This document shows, piece by piece, positions 10,726-20,557 of a DNA stretch of 64,000 bases (positions within the stretch are counted from its first letter, which is position 1; every line of letters begins with the position of its first letter). The notes under the pieces were generated by a model, which searched no databases, was not told where the DNA came from, and saw only the letters and a list, made by a program, of their open reading frames with translations. The position numbers and the translations under genes are program-made. The stretch is taken from positions 224,001-288,000 of the forward strand of contig CBDBHB010000007.1 of the NCBI GenBank assembly GCA_965205505.1, in the 5' to 3' direction. The stretch comes from Acidobacteriota bacterium (lineage in GTDB: Bacteria > Acidobacteriota > UBA890 > WLXD01).

Positions 10726-13427
10726 TGATCGGCAAGACGCTCGGCCACTACGAGATCATCGCCCCGCTCGGTGCAGGCGGCATGGGCGAGGTCTACCGCG
10801 CACGCGACACGACGCTTGATCGCGAAGTCGCGATCAAGGTGCTGCCGGAGGACTTCGCCACCGACGCCGGACGTCTGGCTCGGTTCGAGCGTGAAGCCAA
10901 GCTGCTCGCCTCGCTGAACCACCCCAACATCGCCACCATCTTCGGCTTCGAGGAATCGGATGGTGTGCGCTTCATCTCCATGGAGTTGGTCGAGGGCGAC
11001 AGTCTCGCCGAGCGGATCGAAGCCTCCGGTCACATCGAGGTTGATGAGGCGCTGGAGATCGCCCGCAGGATCGCATTGGCGCTGGAAGCTGCTCACGAGG
11101 CTGGTGTCATCCATCGCGACCTGAAGCCGGCCAACGTGCAGGTCGCATCCGATGGCACCGTCAAGGTGCTCGACTTCGGGCTGGCCAAAGCCTACGAAGC
11201 GGAAGGCAGTGAACCGTCGTCCGATCTGAGCCATTCGCCGACGATGATGGCCACCACGGGCACCGGCGTGATCATGGGCACGGCTCCCTACATGAGCCCG
11301 GAGCAGGCGCGTGGTCAGCCAGTCGACAAGCGTGCCGACATATGGGCGTTTGGCTGCGTGCTGTACGAGATGCTGACGGGCGAGAGGACGTTCGATGGTA
11401 AGACCGTCAGCGACACACTGGCATCGATCCTAAAAGAGGAGCCAGACTGGGCCGCAGTGCCAGAACCCACGCCGGCGATGATCCAGCACGTGCTGCGGCG
11501 CTGCTTGGAGAAAGATCCGTCTCTACGCCTTCACGACATCGCCGATGCCCGCATCGAGATCGTCAACACCATCGCCGATCCAGACGGCGGCCTCACTCTC
11601 GTAGCTGGCTCTGGTGAGGCAACGCGGCCCTCCTGGTGGCGCTACCTCCCAACTCCCGTGGCCGTCGGCCTCGGTGTCGCGGCTGTTGCAGCCACGTTCC
11701 TTGCCGTCTCGACCTCGATGCGCCAGTTACCGATCGCGCCCGAAGCAGCAATGCGCCTGGAGGTGCGACTCACCGACGATGGTCTCTTGCCGTTAGGTGT
11801 TGTGCTATCGCCGGATGGCACACAGATCGCCTACGTACTGGGTAGTGGGATAACCGAAACCGAGCTCTACGTCCGCTCATTCGATGAGCTGGGGGGCGTT
11901 CGCCTGGTTTCTGGCTCTCCACACTCACCGTTCTTCTCACCAGACGGTCAGTGGGTCGGCTATTTCGATGGCTCTGACCTGAAGAAAGTGCCGGTCACCG
12001 GGAGCACCCCCCAGACTGTCGTTTCCTCCGACGTTGTCCCCGCCACCGGGACCTGGGGGGCTGACAACACGATCATCTTCGGCTCCATCGGCGGTGGCCT
12101 GTTCCGTGTGTCGGCCGACGGGGGAGAGCCAGAATCACTGACACGTCTCGATCAGGGGGAGAACGCGCACGTTTTCCCGCAACTGCTGCCGGACGGCAAT
12201 GCACTGCTATTCACGACGGTTGACTTGGACAACTCGATGGCCACCGAAGTGCTGGATCTGGAGACGAGAACACGACGTGTCGTGCAGCAGGGTGGACAGG
12301 GACGATACGCACCGACGCGCCATCTCGTGTATCAAGATCAGGGAACCCTGTTTGCCGTCCCGTTCGACCTGGGACAGCTGCAGGTGAAGGGTTCGGCGGT
12401 ACCCGTCGTGCAGGGGCTTGCCACCATTCTCGATTCGGAAGCCGCGGCGTTCGACTTCTCGAGTACAGGAACACTGGCCTATCTGGGTGGGGCCGCCGGC
12501 TCGCAGACGTATCCCGTCGTATGGGTCGACCGGCAGGGCAACACGACACCGCTGTAGGACGAGCCTGGCGTCTACAGTACTCTTCGGTTGTCTCCGGACG
12601 GCACACGACTGGCCGTGCAGGCCTCGCGGAACGACAACGAAGATGTGTGGATCTATGACCTGGAACGGGGTGCACCGACCCGGCTGACGTCCGATGCAGC
12701 CCGCGACACGAATCCTGTCTGGTCGCCAGACGGGCAGTTTCTCGCATTCTCCTCGGACCGCGACGGCCCGCCGAACATGTATCGGACTCGTGCCGACGGC
12801 TCAGGCACCGTCGCGCGGCTGACAGAGAGCGACCGTGCACAGTTCCCAGAGTCATGGTCTGCGGACGGCGGCTTGCTGGCCTACGCTGAAGCAGGCCTAG
12901 GGACCAACTACGACTTGTGGGTGTTGCCGCTTGAGGGGGATGCGGAACCTCGAGTCATCGCCAACAGCGCTGCCTTAGATACCTGGTTGGCATTCTCGCC
13001 GAATGGTCGCTGGATCGCATACGCATCCTTCGAATCAGGAAGGCCTGAAGTCTATGTCCAGTCCTTTCCTCCTGGGCCTGGGAGGCACCAAGTCTCCATT
13101 GGCGGCGGCAGCCAACCCAGGTGGTCAGGCGATGGGCGTGAGCTTTTCTACCGAACCTACACAGGGATCATGGTGGTTGCTGTGGAGACGGAAGGTGATT
13201 CCTTTGGCTACGGTACAACCGAGCAACTCTTCGAGGGGAGTTTCCGTGGTGGGGTATACGGAATGATCGACACCGGGTTCGTTTACCCGGACTACGACGT
13301 TACCGTCGACGGCCAGCGTTTCGTGATGTTCCCTGGCAGGAGTCAACGCCAGAACGACAGCGACCATGTGACGTTGATCACCAACTGGTTCGACGAGCTG
13401 AAGCGGCTCGTGCCGGCGGACCCGTAG
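10725..13427 (+). pseudogene. Second Ser/Thr kinase-PD40 gene with one in-frame TAG (12555-12557)
   Basis: TGATG coupling with kinase 1; intact kinase domain; reading continues in frame after PL*DEPGVY to LITNWFDELKRLVP. Confidence 0.85.
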
Positions 13428-13629
13428 CGCGCTTAGCCGAGTCTCGCGAACCACCTGGCAACCTTCGATCTCGCCCGTGCGCAATGCGAGGACCGGCCTG
13501 ACGGTCACCGATACCGACAACGACCCCATCGAGCACTGCATGATCGCCTACTATCTGCCACAGTGCTTCGAGCACATCCGCGCCATCGGCGAGCCCCGCG
13601 GACAAACGACTTTTGCAGCTTGAGCTGAG

Positions 13630-15318
13630 GTGACATTGAGGAAGCGCCGTAGCAGTGAAGTGACGGAAGGCGTGCAGCGCGCTCCCAACCGGGCGATGCT
13701 CCGCGCGGTCGGATTCGAGGACGAGGACTTCGACAAGCCGATCGTCGGTATCGCGAACGCCCACTCGAACCTGACGCCGTGCAACATAGGCCTCGGCGCG
13801 CTCTCGGAGCGCGCTCGGAGCGCGCTACACGAGGCGGGCGCTCGCGCTCTCGAGTTCGGGACGATCACCGTGGCCGACGGCATCTCGATGGGCACCGAGG
13901 GGATGAAATACTCGCTGGTTTCGCGCGAGGTCATCGCCGATTCCATCGAGACCGTATGCAACGGCCAGAGCTTCGACGGCGTTCTCGCCCTGGGCGGGTG
14001 TGACAAGAACATGCCCGGTGCCATGATGGCCATCGGGCACCTGAACATTCCCGCGGTGTTCGTCTACGGAGGCACCATCAAGCCAGGTCACCACGCAGGC
14101 CGCGACCTGACGGTGGTAAGCGCGTTCGAGGCGGTTGGAGAGCACGCCGCCGGCAGAATAACGGACGAGGAACTCGCGGCGATCGAGCGCAACGCCTGCC
14201 CCGGCGCAGGCTCGTGTGGTGGGATGTTCACAGCCAACACCATGTCGAGCGCCATCGAGGCGATGGGGATGAGCCTCCCGTACTCGTCCACCATGGCCAC
14301 GGAGGACGCGGAGAAGGCCGAGAGCGCGGCCGAGTCGGCTCGCGTCCTCGCCGACTGCATCGCAGCCGATCGGCTGCCGCGAGACATCGTGACGCGCCAG
14401 GCGCTCCTGAACGCCGTGGCCGTCACCATAGCGATCGGGGGTTCGACGAACGCGGTGCTGCACCTGCCCGCCATCGCTCATTCGACGGGCGTGGAGCTCA
14501 GCCTCGACGACTTCGAGCTGGTCGGTGCTCGGGTGCCCGTCCTGTGCGACCTGAAGCCCAGTGGTCGGTATGTGACGGTCGACTTCCATCGTGCCGGCGG
14601 CGTGCCTCAGGTCATGAAGGTGCTGCTCGAGCACGGTGTCCTCGATGGAGACTGCCGCACGGTGACGGGTGCAACCATCGCCGAGAGTCTGGCAGAGGTC
14701 CCGCCGGTGCCACCCTCCAACCAGGACGTGATCCGACCGTGGGGCCAACCCCTTTACCCGACCGGCCACCTGGCGATCCTTCGTGGCAACCTGGCGCCGG
14801 GCGGCAGCGTGGCGAAGCTCTCGGGCGTCAAGAACCCGCGCTTATCGGGTCCGGCCCGGGTGTTCGATTGCGAGGAGGACAGCTTGAGCGCGATCCTCGC
14901 CGGTGAGATCGGCGCTGGCGACATCGTCGTGGTTCGCTACGAAGGCCCCCGCGGTGGACCCGGCATGCGCGAGATGCTGGCTCCAACGAGCGCCCTCATC
15001 GGTGCCGGGCTCGGAGATTCGGTCGGGCTCATCACGGATGGACGATTCAGCGGTGGCACCTATGGCATGGTGGTCGGCCACGTCGTGCCGGAGGCAGCCG
15101 TCGGCGGGCCGATCGCGCTGGTGCACGAAGGCGACACGGTCACGATCGATGCGCCGGCGCGGAAGCTCCAACTGGAGGTCGACGAGGAGGAGCTGCGGCG
15201 CCGCCGCACCGCCTGGGAGCCGCCGGCTCCCCGTTATTCGCGCGGCGTTCTCGCCAAGTACGCGCGGCTGGTTTCCAGCGCCGACCTCGGCGCTGTTACC
15301 GATCTCGAACTGGAGTGA
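13630..15318 (+). CDS. ilvD: Dihydroxy-acid dehydratase
   Basis: [52 protein letters not shown] motifs. Confidence 0.97.
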   Translation: MTLRKRRSSEVTEGVQRAPNRAMLRAVGFEDEDFDKPIVGIANAHSNLTPCNIGLGALSERARSALHEAGARALEFGTITVADGISMGTEGMKYSLVSREVIADSIETVCNGQSFDGVLALGGCDKNMPGAMMAIGHLNIPAVFVYGGTIKPGHHAGRDLTVVSAFEAVGEHAAGRITDEELAAIERNACPGAGSCGGMFTANTMSSAIEAMGMSLPYSSTMATEDAEKAESAAESARVLADCIAADRLPRDIVTRQALLNAVAVTIAIGGSTNAVLHLPAIAHSTGVELSLDDFELVGARVPVLCDLKPSGRYVTVDFHRAGGVPQVMKVLLEHGVLDGDCRTVTGATIAESLAEVPPVPPSNQDVIRPWGQPLYPTGHLAILRGNLAPGGSVAKLSGVKNPRLSGPARVFDCEEDSLSAILAGEIGAGDIVVVRYEGPRGGPGMREMLAPTSALIGAGLGDSVGLITDGRFSGGTYGMVVGHVVPEAAVGGPIALVHEGDTVTIDAPARKLQLEVDEEELRRRRTAWEPPAPRYSRGVLAKYARLVSSADLGAVTDLELE

Positions 15319-15356
15319 TTGTGTCGGCGGCACATCGTAGGAGGACAGATACATTC

Positions 15357-15410
15357 ACACCTCACCATGCCGCCCGCGCCGAGCGGCTCAATAATGCCGT
15401 AGTGGCCTAG
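15357..15410 (-). pseudogene. Kinase N-terminal remnant, codons ~7-23 (LGHYGIIEPLGAGGM-EV), starting at CTAG
   Basis: Reverse strand ctaggccactacggcattattgagccgctcggcgcgggcggcatgg matches kinase starts at 10725 and 49913. Confidence 0.8.
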
Positions 15411-15480
15411 CAGGCCGTGGTGAAAGTGCGGTGGGTCTGGCGACAGGGGGTTGCGCGCGTATGCTGCGTCGTTCCTCGAT
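15407..15480. mobile_element. Half 1 of a split MITE (CTAG + 38-bp terminal repeat)
   Basis: CTAG-CAGGCCGTGGTGAAAGTGCGGTGGGTCTGGCGACAGGG is identical to 16074-16115. Confidence 0.7.
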
Positions 15481-15993
15481 GCCGATCGCAGCAAGGAGCG
15501 TCCTGCAGACGGGACTGTAGTGATCCACGGACTCCATGTACGACGTGCCGCCGGGCAGCATCAGCGTGTGGCCTCGATAGGTCATCTCGTTGCGCTTGGC
15601 ATGGCCGCCGAAATCATCGTGGTTGTCGAGCACCAGCACCCGTGCCCCGCGGCCTGCCGAGGTCAGGAAGAAATAGGCCGCCGACAGCCCGCTCAGCCCC
15701 CCTCCGACCACCACCATGTCGTAGCTCTCGCCCGTGTCGGCGACATCGGTCCAGGTGGTGCCATCGCGGAGTGCATGGGCGACCTCGAACGAACCGGGGT
15801 GACTGCCGCGCATTCCAGTCAGGGCCGGTGGATAGTATTCCTGCGCCCGGGGCGCATAGGGCGCGCCCTCGCGCGCCGACAGCCAGCCAGGTGCGATGAG
15901 CGACCCGCCGATTGCAACCCCCACGCCATTGACGAGGTCGCGTCGGGTGATGTCCCGGTGCATCCCGAGATTACGATCCCCATTCTTGGACAT
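15476..15993 (-). pseudogene. 5' fragment of spermidine dehydrogenase-like paralog
   Basis: Near-identical to 29655-30172 (Tat leader, QEYYPPALTGMRGSH, GGGLSG); truncated at ATCGA next to the MITE half. Confidence 0.9.
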
Positions 15994-16055
15994 AGCCCCT
16001 CCGATTCTCTAACGCGGGAAACTGCGTGGAACGCCGGCTTTCTCGAGTCCGACCC

Positions 16056-16077
16056 ATGGAACCCGGTACTCGACTAG
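16056..16077 (+). repeat. Kinase leader copy B (MEPGTRL) interrupted at CTAG by MITE
   Basis: ATGGAACCCGGTACTCGACTAG directly followed by the MITE terminal repeat. Confidence 0.8.
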
Positions 16078-16174
16078 CAGGCCGTGGTGAAAGTGCGGTG
16101 GGTCTGGCGACAGGGTCTTGCGAAGTGGAGGCAAGGAGAGAGGAGGAGGCGATGGTAACCTCATCGTGGACGAT
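16074..16174. mobile_element. Half 2 of split MITE
   Basis: CTAG + 38-bp terminal repeat + core gcaagg..gaggaggcgatgg..catcgtggacgat. Confidence 0.7.
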
Positions 16175-16411
16175 AGCTACAACACCCTGGACGATCCGAG
16201 CGAGCGGGCGCTGTTTACCCCCGACGATCGGCCGTGCGTGGTCGGCAGGCGGCGATTCGGTCGAATTTCCATCGCCAACTCCGATGCCGCTGCCTCCACC
16301 CACACCGACTCGGCCATCGACGAGGCGCATCGAGCTGCCCGCGAGCAACTCCTCGTTCGAAGCCGCGCCCGCCGGACAACCTACAGTACGGACGAGATGC
16401 TGCCCGGCTAG
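16173..16411 (+). pseudogene. 3' fragment of spermidine dehydrogenase-like paralog
   Basis: SYNTLDDP..RISIANSDAAASTHTDSAIDEAHRA matches 31423-31661; the shared 3' UTR continues to ~16470. Confidence 0.9.
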
Positions 16412-16501
16412 CATGTGCGCGGCGCGTGCCAGTTCGGCATCGGCACTAGGGCCGAAGGTTTCAGCAGCCCGCCCGCCGGCGACCGCGGCTCACATCGAGA
16501 T

Positions 16502-17008
16502 TTACTCGACCGGGCAGCGTACGACCTTGTCTGGCGAGTGGCCCGAGTACGAGATGATGCGCCAGCCTTCATCGTCCTTCCCGAGGATGTAAGTCACTCC
16601 ACCGACGGACATGGGGCTGCCGTCCGTGCGCCTGCGGGTATTCGTGCCGCTGACAATCGCCGAACCCGCAGTGAGGACACAGACGTTCTTGGTCGTGAAG
16701 ACCGATCGGTTCCAGTCTCGTGCGACCAGTCCAGCGATCGCCGCCTCGAAATACGCCAGATTTTCTTCCTGCGTGTGGATGCTCATTCCGTTCCCGCCTA
16801 TCGTGATCCACGGCGAGCTGAAGATCTCCGTCGATAGCGCCTGCGGATTTCTCTCGTAGTAGAAGTTGTAGTAGCGCTCGACATGGCCCTGCGCCTCCGT
16901 CTCGAGGAGGGCCTCCTCGGAGGACGTCAGCTCCTGGCCAATGGCTGGTCCGCTAGTGGCCAGGATGAGGAAAAGTGCCGCGGCGACGGTACGATAAACA
17001 TGCTTCAT
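16502..17008 (-). CDS. Secreted NTF2-like/DUF4440-type protein
   Basis: Signal peptide, GGAGG RBS, C-terminal GWRIISYSGH strand pattern. Confidence 0.65.
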   Translation of the reverse strand: MKHVYRTVAAALFLILATSGPAIGQELTSSEEALLETEAQGHVERYYNFYYERNPQALSTEIFSSPWITIGGNGMSIHTQEENLAYFEAAIAGLVARDWNRSVFTTKNVCVLTAGSAIVSGTNTRRRTDGSPMSVGGVTYILGKDDEGWRIISYSGHSPDKVVRCPVE

Positions 17009-17119
17009 GGGTTTCCTCCAGGAGGAAGAAGCTGTGGATGGGCTACGAGGCGCAGCGCCTTGATGGCAGCATCGTAGTCTAGCGTCGTGTCGCGTGCTCG
17101 GTACCGTCGAGGCCAGGAT

Positions 17120-18859
17120 CTACTCCGCTCGTCGGTAGCGGACAACTCCATCGATGATGGTGACCTCGACGCGCATCTCCATGAGGCGTTCGGGCGCGGT
17201 AAGCGGATCCTCCGTCAAGACCACGAGATCCGCCAGTTTGCCTGGCTCGATCGAGCCCTTGATCTCGTCTTCGAATCCGGCCCGGGCAGCCCAGATCGTG
17301 TGCATGCGGATCGCATCCAGCGGTGAGATCGCCTGTTCGGGGTCGATCGGCTCGCCATCGCGGTTGGTACGAAGCACCTCTCGAGTGAGGCTGAAGAGGG
17401 GGTTGATCGAGAAGGTCTGAGTACCTGCCGAGTCGGCGTTGCCCGGCGGCCGGAAGCCCATCTCCAGCAGCTTGGCGAACGGGTAGCGGATGTTCTCCGA
17501 TGGTGAGTCGGCACGACGCGGTCGGCTACCCCACATGAACGAGGCGGTGGGGACGGCGACGACACCAAGCTCGCGTGCACGGGTGAGAGCGGCTTCGCCC
17601 GCCTGGCCCGCCATATAGTTGCCCAGGTGCTCGATGCGGTGACGGTGGTCCCGATCCGGCCGCGCGATGAGCGCCGCCTCCAACGCATCAAGTGCCAGAT
17701 CCTGCGCCTTGTCGCCGATCGCGTGGACCCAGAGCTGCCAGCCGGCCTCGTGCGCTGCGGCAACGTCGCTGTTGAGCTGCGCGATCGTCCTCGTCAGCCC
17801 GAAATTCGGGATCCCCTCCCGTTCGCGACCGTAGGTCGCCGACGCCTCGCCATCGCCGTCGACGAACATCTTGATCGCACCGACACGCAGCCAGTCGTCT
17901 CCCATGCCCGAACGGACTCCGAGGGCCAGGATGGTTGCCATGTCACCAAACGGCTGGTGCCCGGGCGCGGCCGTGAAGTTCAGATGTATCCGTACCGGTA
18001 GCTCTCCCTCCTCGCGCAGCTGCTGGTAGGCACGGACTCCTCCCGTCGTCGCCGGCAGGGCGTAGACGGTCGTCACCCCGTTTTTCATCCACACGTCTGC
18101 GAGCGTGTCCCGAATGGCTTCGCGCAACTCGTCGGAGGCAAACGGCGGCATCGGGAACACATCAAAGGACTCCCGGAAGATCCCCGTGGGCTGGCCGTCT
18201 GGACCACGATCGATGCGGCCGCCGGGCGGATCCGGGAAGGCCAGGTCGATGCCGCTCATCTCGATTGCCTTTTGATTGGCGATCTGGCGGTGCATGCTCC
18301 AGCGCAGTACCACCGGATGGTCCGGCGCGACACGATCCAGCTCCTGCTTGCTGGGCATCTCCTGTCCGTAGGTCCCTTGCCCGAGGACCCAGGAGCCAGC
18401 GGGAAGCCCGGCCACCCTCTCGGCGACCTTGTCGAGGACGTCGGCGCTGGATTCGAGCGGCGGGCTGTGTACGCGCAGGATGAGGTGCTCGGAGCGCGCC
18501 GTGTGCTCGACGTGGTTGTGAGCATCGATGAAGCCGGGCAGCAGGCTCTTGCCGTCGAGCTCGATGACCTCGGTCGCCGCCCCGATCCAGGGCTCGATAT
18601 CCCGACTGGAGCCCACGGCAGCGATACGATTGCCGACGATCGCTACCGCCTCATGGAGGCTGCCCTGCGCGTCCACGGTGATGACGTTGCCACCACGCAG
18701 GACGAGGTCGGCGCGCGGGACGATCTGTTGACCCGCCGTGCAGGCGCCGCCGGCGCCGACGCCAAGGGACAGCAGAAGAAGCGCCCCTCCAGTGCCTCTA
18801 CGAAAAGCAGTCAAGGACATCGGTACATCGTCTCGCTCGGGGCAGCGATCGACCGTCAC
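17120..18859 (-). CDS. Amidohydrolase family 3 (YtcJ-like), probable lipoprotein
   Basis: LPGFIDAHNH, IKMFVDG, VHAIGD, RHRIEH, KGSIEPGKLADLVVL; 4-bp overlap with upstream gene (alternative start 18820). Confidence 0.88.
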   Translation of the reverse strand: MTVDRCPERDDVPMSLTAFRRGTGGALLLLSLGVGAGGACTAGQQIVPRADLVLRGGNVITVDAQGSLHEAVAIVGNRIAAVGSSRDIEPWIGAATEVIELDGKSLLPGFIDAHNHVEHTARSEHLILRVHSPPLESSADVLDKVAERVAGLPAGSWVLGQGTYGQEMPSKQELDRVAPDHPVVLRWSMHRQIANQKAIEMSGIDLAFPDPPGGRIDRGPDGQPTGIFRESFDVFPMPPFASDELREAIRDTLADVWMKNGVTTVYALPATTGGVRAYQQLREEGELPVRIHLNFTAAPGHQPFGDMATILALGVRSGMGDDWLRVGAIKMFVDGDGEASATYGREREGIPNFGLTRTIAQLNSDVAAAHEAGWQLWVHAIGDKAQDLALDALEAALIARPDRDHRHRIEHLGNYMAGQAGEAALTRARELGVVAVPTASFMWGSRPRRADSPSENIRYPFAKLLEMGFRPPGNADSAGTQTFSINPLFSLTREVLRTNRDGEPIDPEQAISPLDAIRMHTIWAARAGFEDEIKGSIEPGKLADLVVLTEDPLTAPERLMEMRVEVTIIDGVVRYRRAE

Positions 18860-20175
18860 ACCACCGAGATCTCGATCGGCAGCTTGGAGAGCAAGCGAGC
18901 CCCTTCTGGCTCGAACACGAACGACTGCATCAATGACTGGCCCATGAGGCTCTCGTAGTTGGTGACCATCCGTTCCTGGAAGACCCAGTCATCCGGGTTG
19001 TCGCCTAGGCCGATGGTGCTGAAGGTGTCACCGTCGTTGCGGCGACCAAACGACCAGACGAAGGGGCCGACCCAGTCCGGCGGGAAGCTTATGCCCAGAT
19101 CGTAGCCAAAGCCCCGTGGGTCCAGGCCAACGCCGTCGTAGTATTCCCTGAGCGCATCGCAGACCTCCGCAATGGGGGTGCCGGCGCGGCCGTGTTCGCT
19201 GATCACCGCGAAAGAACCGGCGTTCTTCGCATACGCCTCGACCGCCTCGGCGGGCGGATCTCCCAGCCAGTAGGTTCGAGAAGTGTTGGTATGATAGCGA
19301 TGCGCAACCCCGCAAAGGTCGGCAAACAGTGCATCACCTTGCTTGAGGACCTTGCGGGACGGGCACGCATGCGAGCCTCTGGGGTTTCTGACTCCGCAGA
19401 TCAACGCCGGAGTCCCCCCTCCTGCGGCAAACATCCCCCGCAGTGCCTCGCCGTACATCTCTAGCTCGGTGACCCCGGGGTGCAGGGCTTCACGGATGGC
19501 CTCATGGCCGGCGTCGCAAATCCGCCCCGCGTCATCCATGACGGCGATCTCCTCGGGCGACTTGACGAGTCGAACGTCGCGCATCACATCGCTGCTATCG
19601 ACGACCGTACAGCCAGCGTTGGTGAAGGCTGCCTCGAGTGACTCCGCGAGCACCGGAGGGGGCCTGTAACTCCACCGGTCGACGCCGACCGTGCCTCCGA
19701 GCCATCCTTCTGCCTGCAGCTCAGCGATGACGAACTCCATGCCGCCTTGCAGAACACGGAAGTCCTTGACCACCGTGATGGCGTCCATCGTGCCTTGATG
19801 GGCGCCGCTGTCGAAGTGAATCAGCTTGTCGTGGTCTACATGTACGGCAGTCCCGGAGCGCGGCAGCCAGCCCTTCGGCGAGTTGCCCTGGTACCAGTTC
19901 AGGATCATGCCGTGCAGGTAGCACATTCCCTCCGGCAACATCACCCACAGCAGATCGATGTTGTCTTGCGCCATGCGCTCGCGCACGCGTCGTAGGCGAT
20001 CTTGGTACTCGGCTTCCGAGAACGCAGGGTGCAGCTCATCGACCCCCACCGGGTTGCGTGATTGCTGCGCTGCTGCCAGCCTGCTAGCGGCCCCCGAATC
20101 GCCACAGCCGGCCGCCATCGCTGCTGCTGCGGACGAGCCCAAGAAAGCCCGGCGGTTAATCGCACTCTGTGTCAT
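18856..20175 (-). CDS. M24/creatinase-fold hydrolase, ectoine hydrolase DoeA-like, Tat lipoprotein leader
   Basis: GGGAGG RBS; NRRAFL..AAGC leader; FSEAEYQDRL, RLVKSPEEI, GYDLGISFPPDW with non-canonical metal ligands. Confidence 0.75.
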   Translation of the reverse strand: MTQSAINRRAFLGSSAAAAMAAGCGDSGAASRLAAAQQSRNPVGVDELHPAFSEAEYQDRLRRVRERMAQDNIDLLWVMLPEGMCYLHGMILNWYQGNSPKGWLPRSGTAVHVDHDKLIHFDSGAHQGTMDAITVVKDFRVLQGGMEFVIAELQAEGWLGGTVGVDRWSYRPPPVLAESLEAAFTNAGCTVVDSSDVMRDVRLVKSPEEIAVMDDAGRICDAGHEAIREALHPGVTELEMYGEALRGMFAAGGGTPALICGVRNPRGSHACPSRKVLKQGDALFADLCGVAHRYHTNTSRTYWLGDPPAEAVEAYAKNAGSFAVISEHGRAGTPIAEVCDALREYYDGVGLDPRGFGYDLGISFPPDWVGPFVWSFGRRNDGDTFSTIGLGDNPDDWVFQERMVTNYESLMGQSLMQSFVFEPEGARLLSKLPIEISVV

Positions 20176-20557
20176 CGGTGGAACCTCCCCAGATGGTTGG
20201 GCCGCTATCGTGGTCGCGCGGATCTCCTCTACGTTAATGGAGAAAGCCGATCGCAATGTTGACTACGCAGTTCGTCATTATATGGATCGACGCTGCCCCG
20301 TCCAGGGACCCACCGAGCGGTCCAGGGATCTCGTTCTGACCTTGGGTGTCAGGGACTCAGCCCGCATGGCTCGAACGCATTTTGACGCCCCGTCGTCCGC
20401 CTTCGATTGGCCGACGCAGATAGCCAACGAGATTCGCAGCTGGCATGGGCGCCCGCACGAGCGGAGTCTGGGACGCGATCGGTCTGCTATGGTGCGGCCC
20501 TCGGGTCGGCCTGAACGCCGCCATGCGACCGCCCTGAATAGCCCCGGAGGAGAGCCC

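Noticed and set aside
15407-16115. Two identical 42-bp direct repeats as a CRISPR array or att sites
   Set aside because: Only two copies, 667 bp apart, with no cas or integrase gene; better explained as MITE inverted ends flipped by an inversion.
19958-20557. Long N-terminal extension of the amidohydrolase ORF
   Set aside because: Overlaps the opposite-strand gene; a good RBS and signal peptide support ATG 20558.
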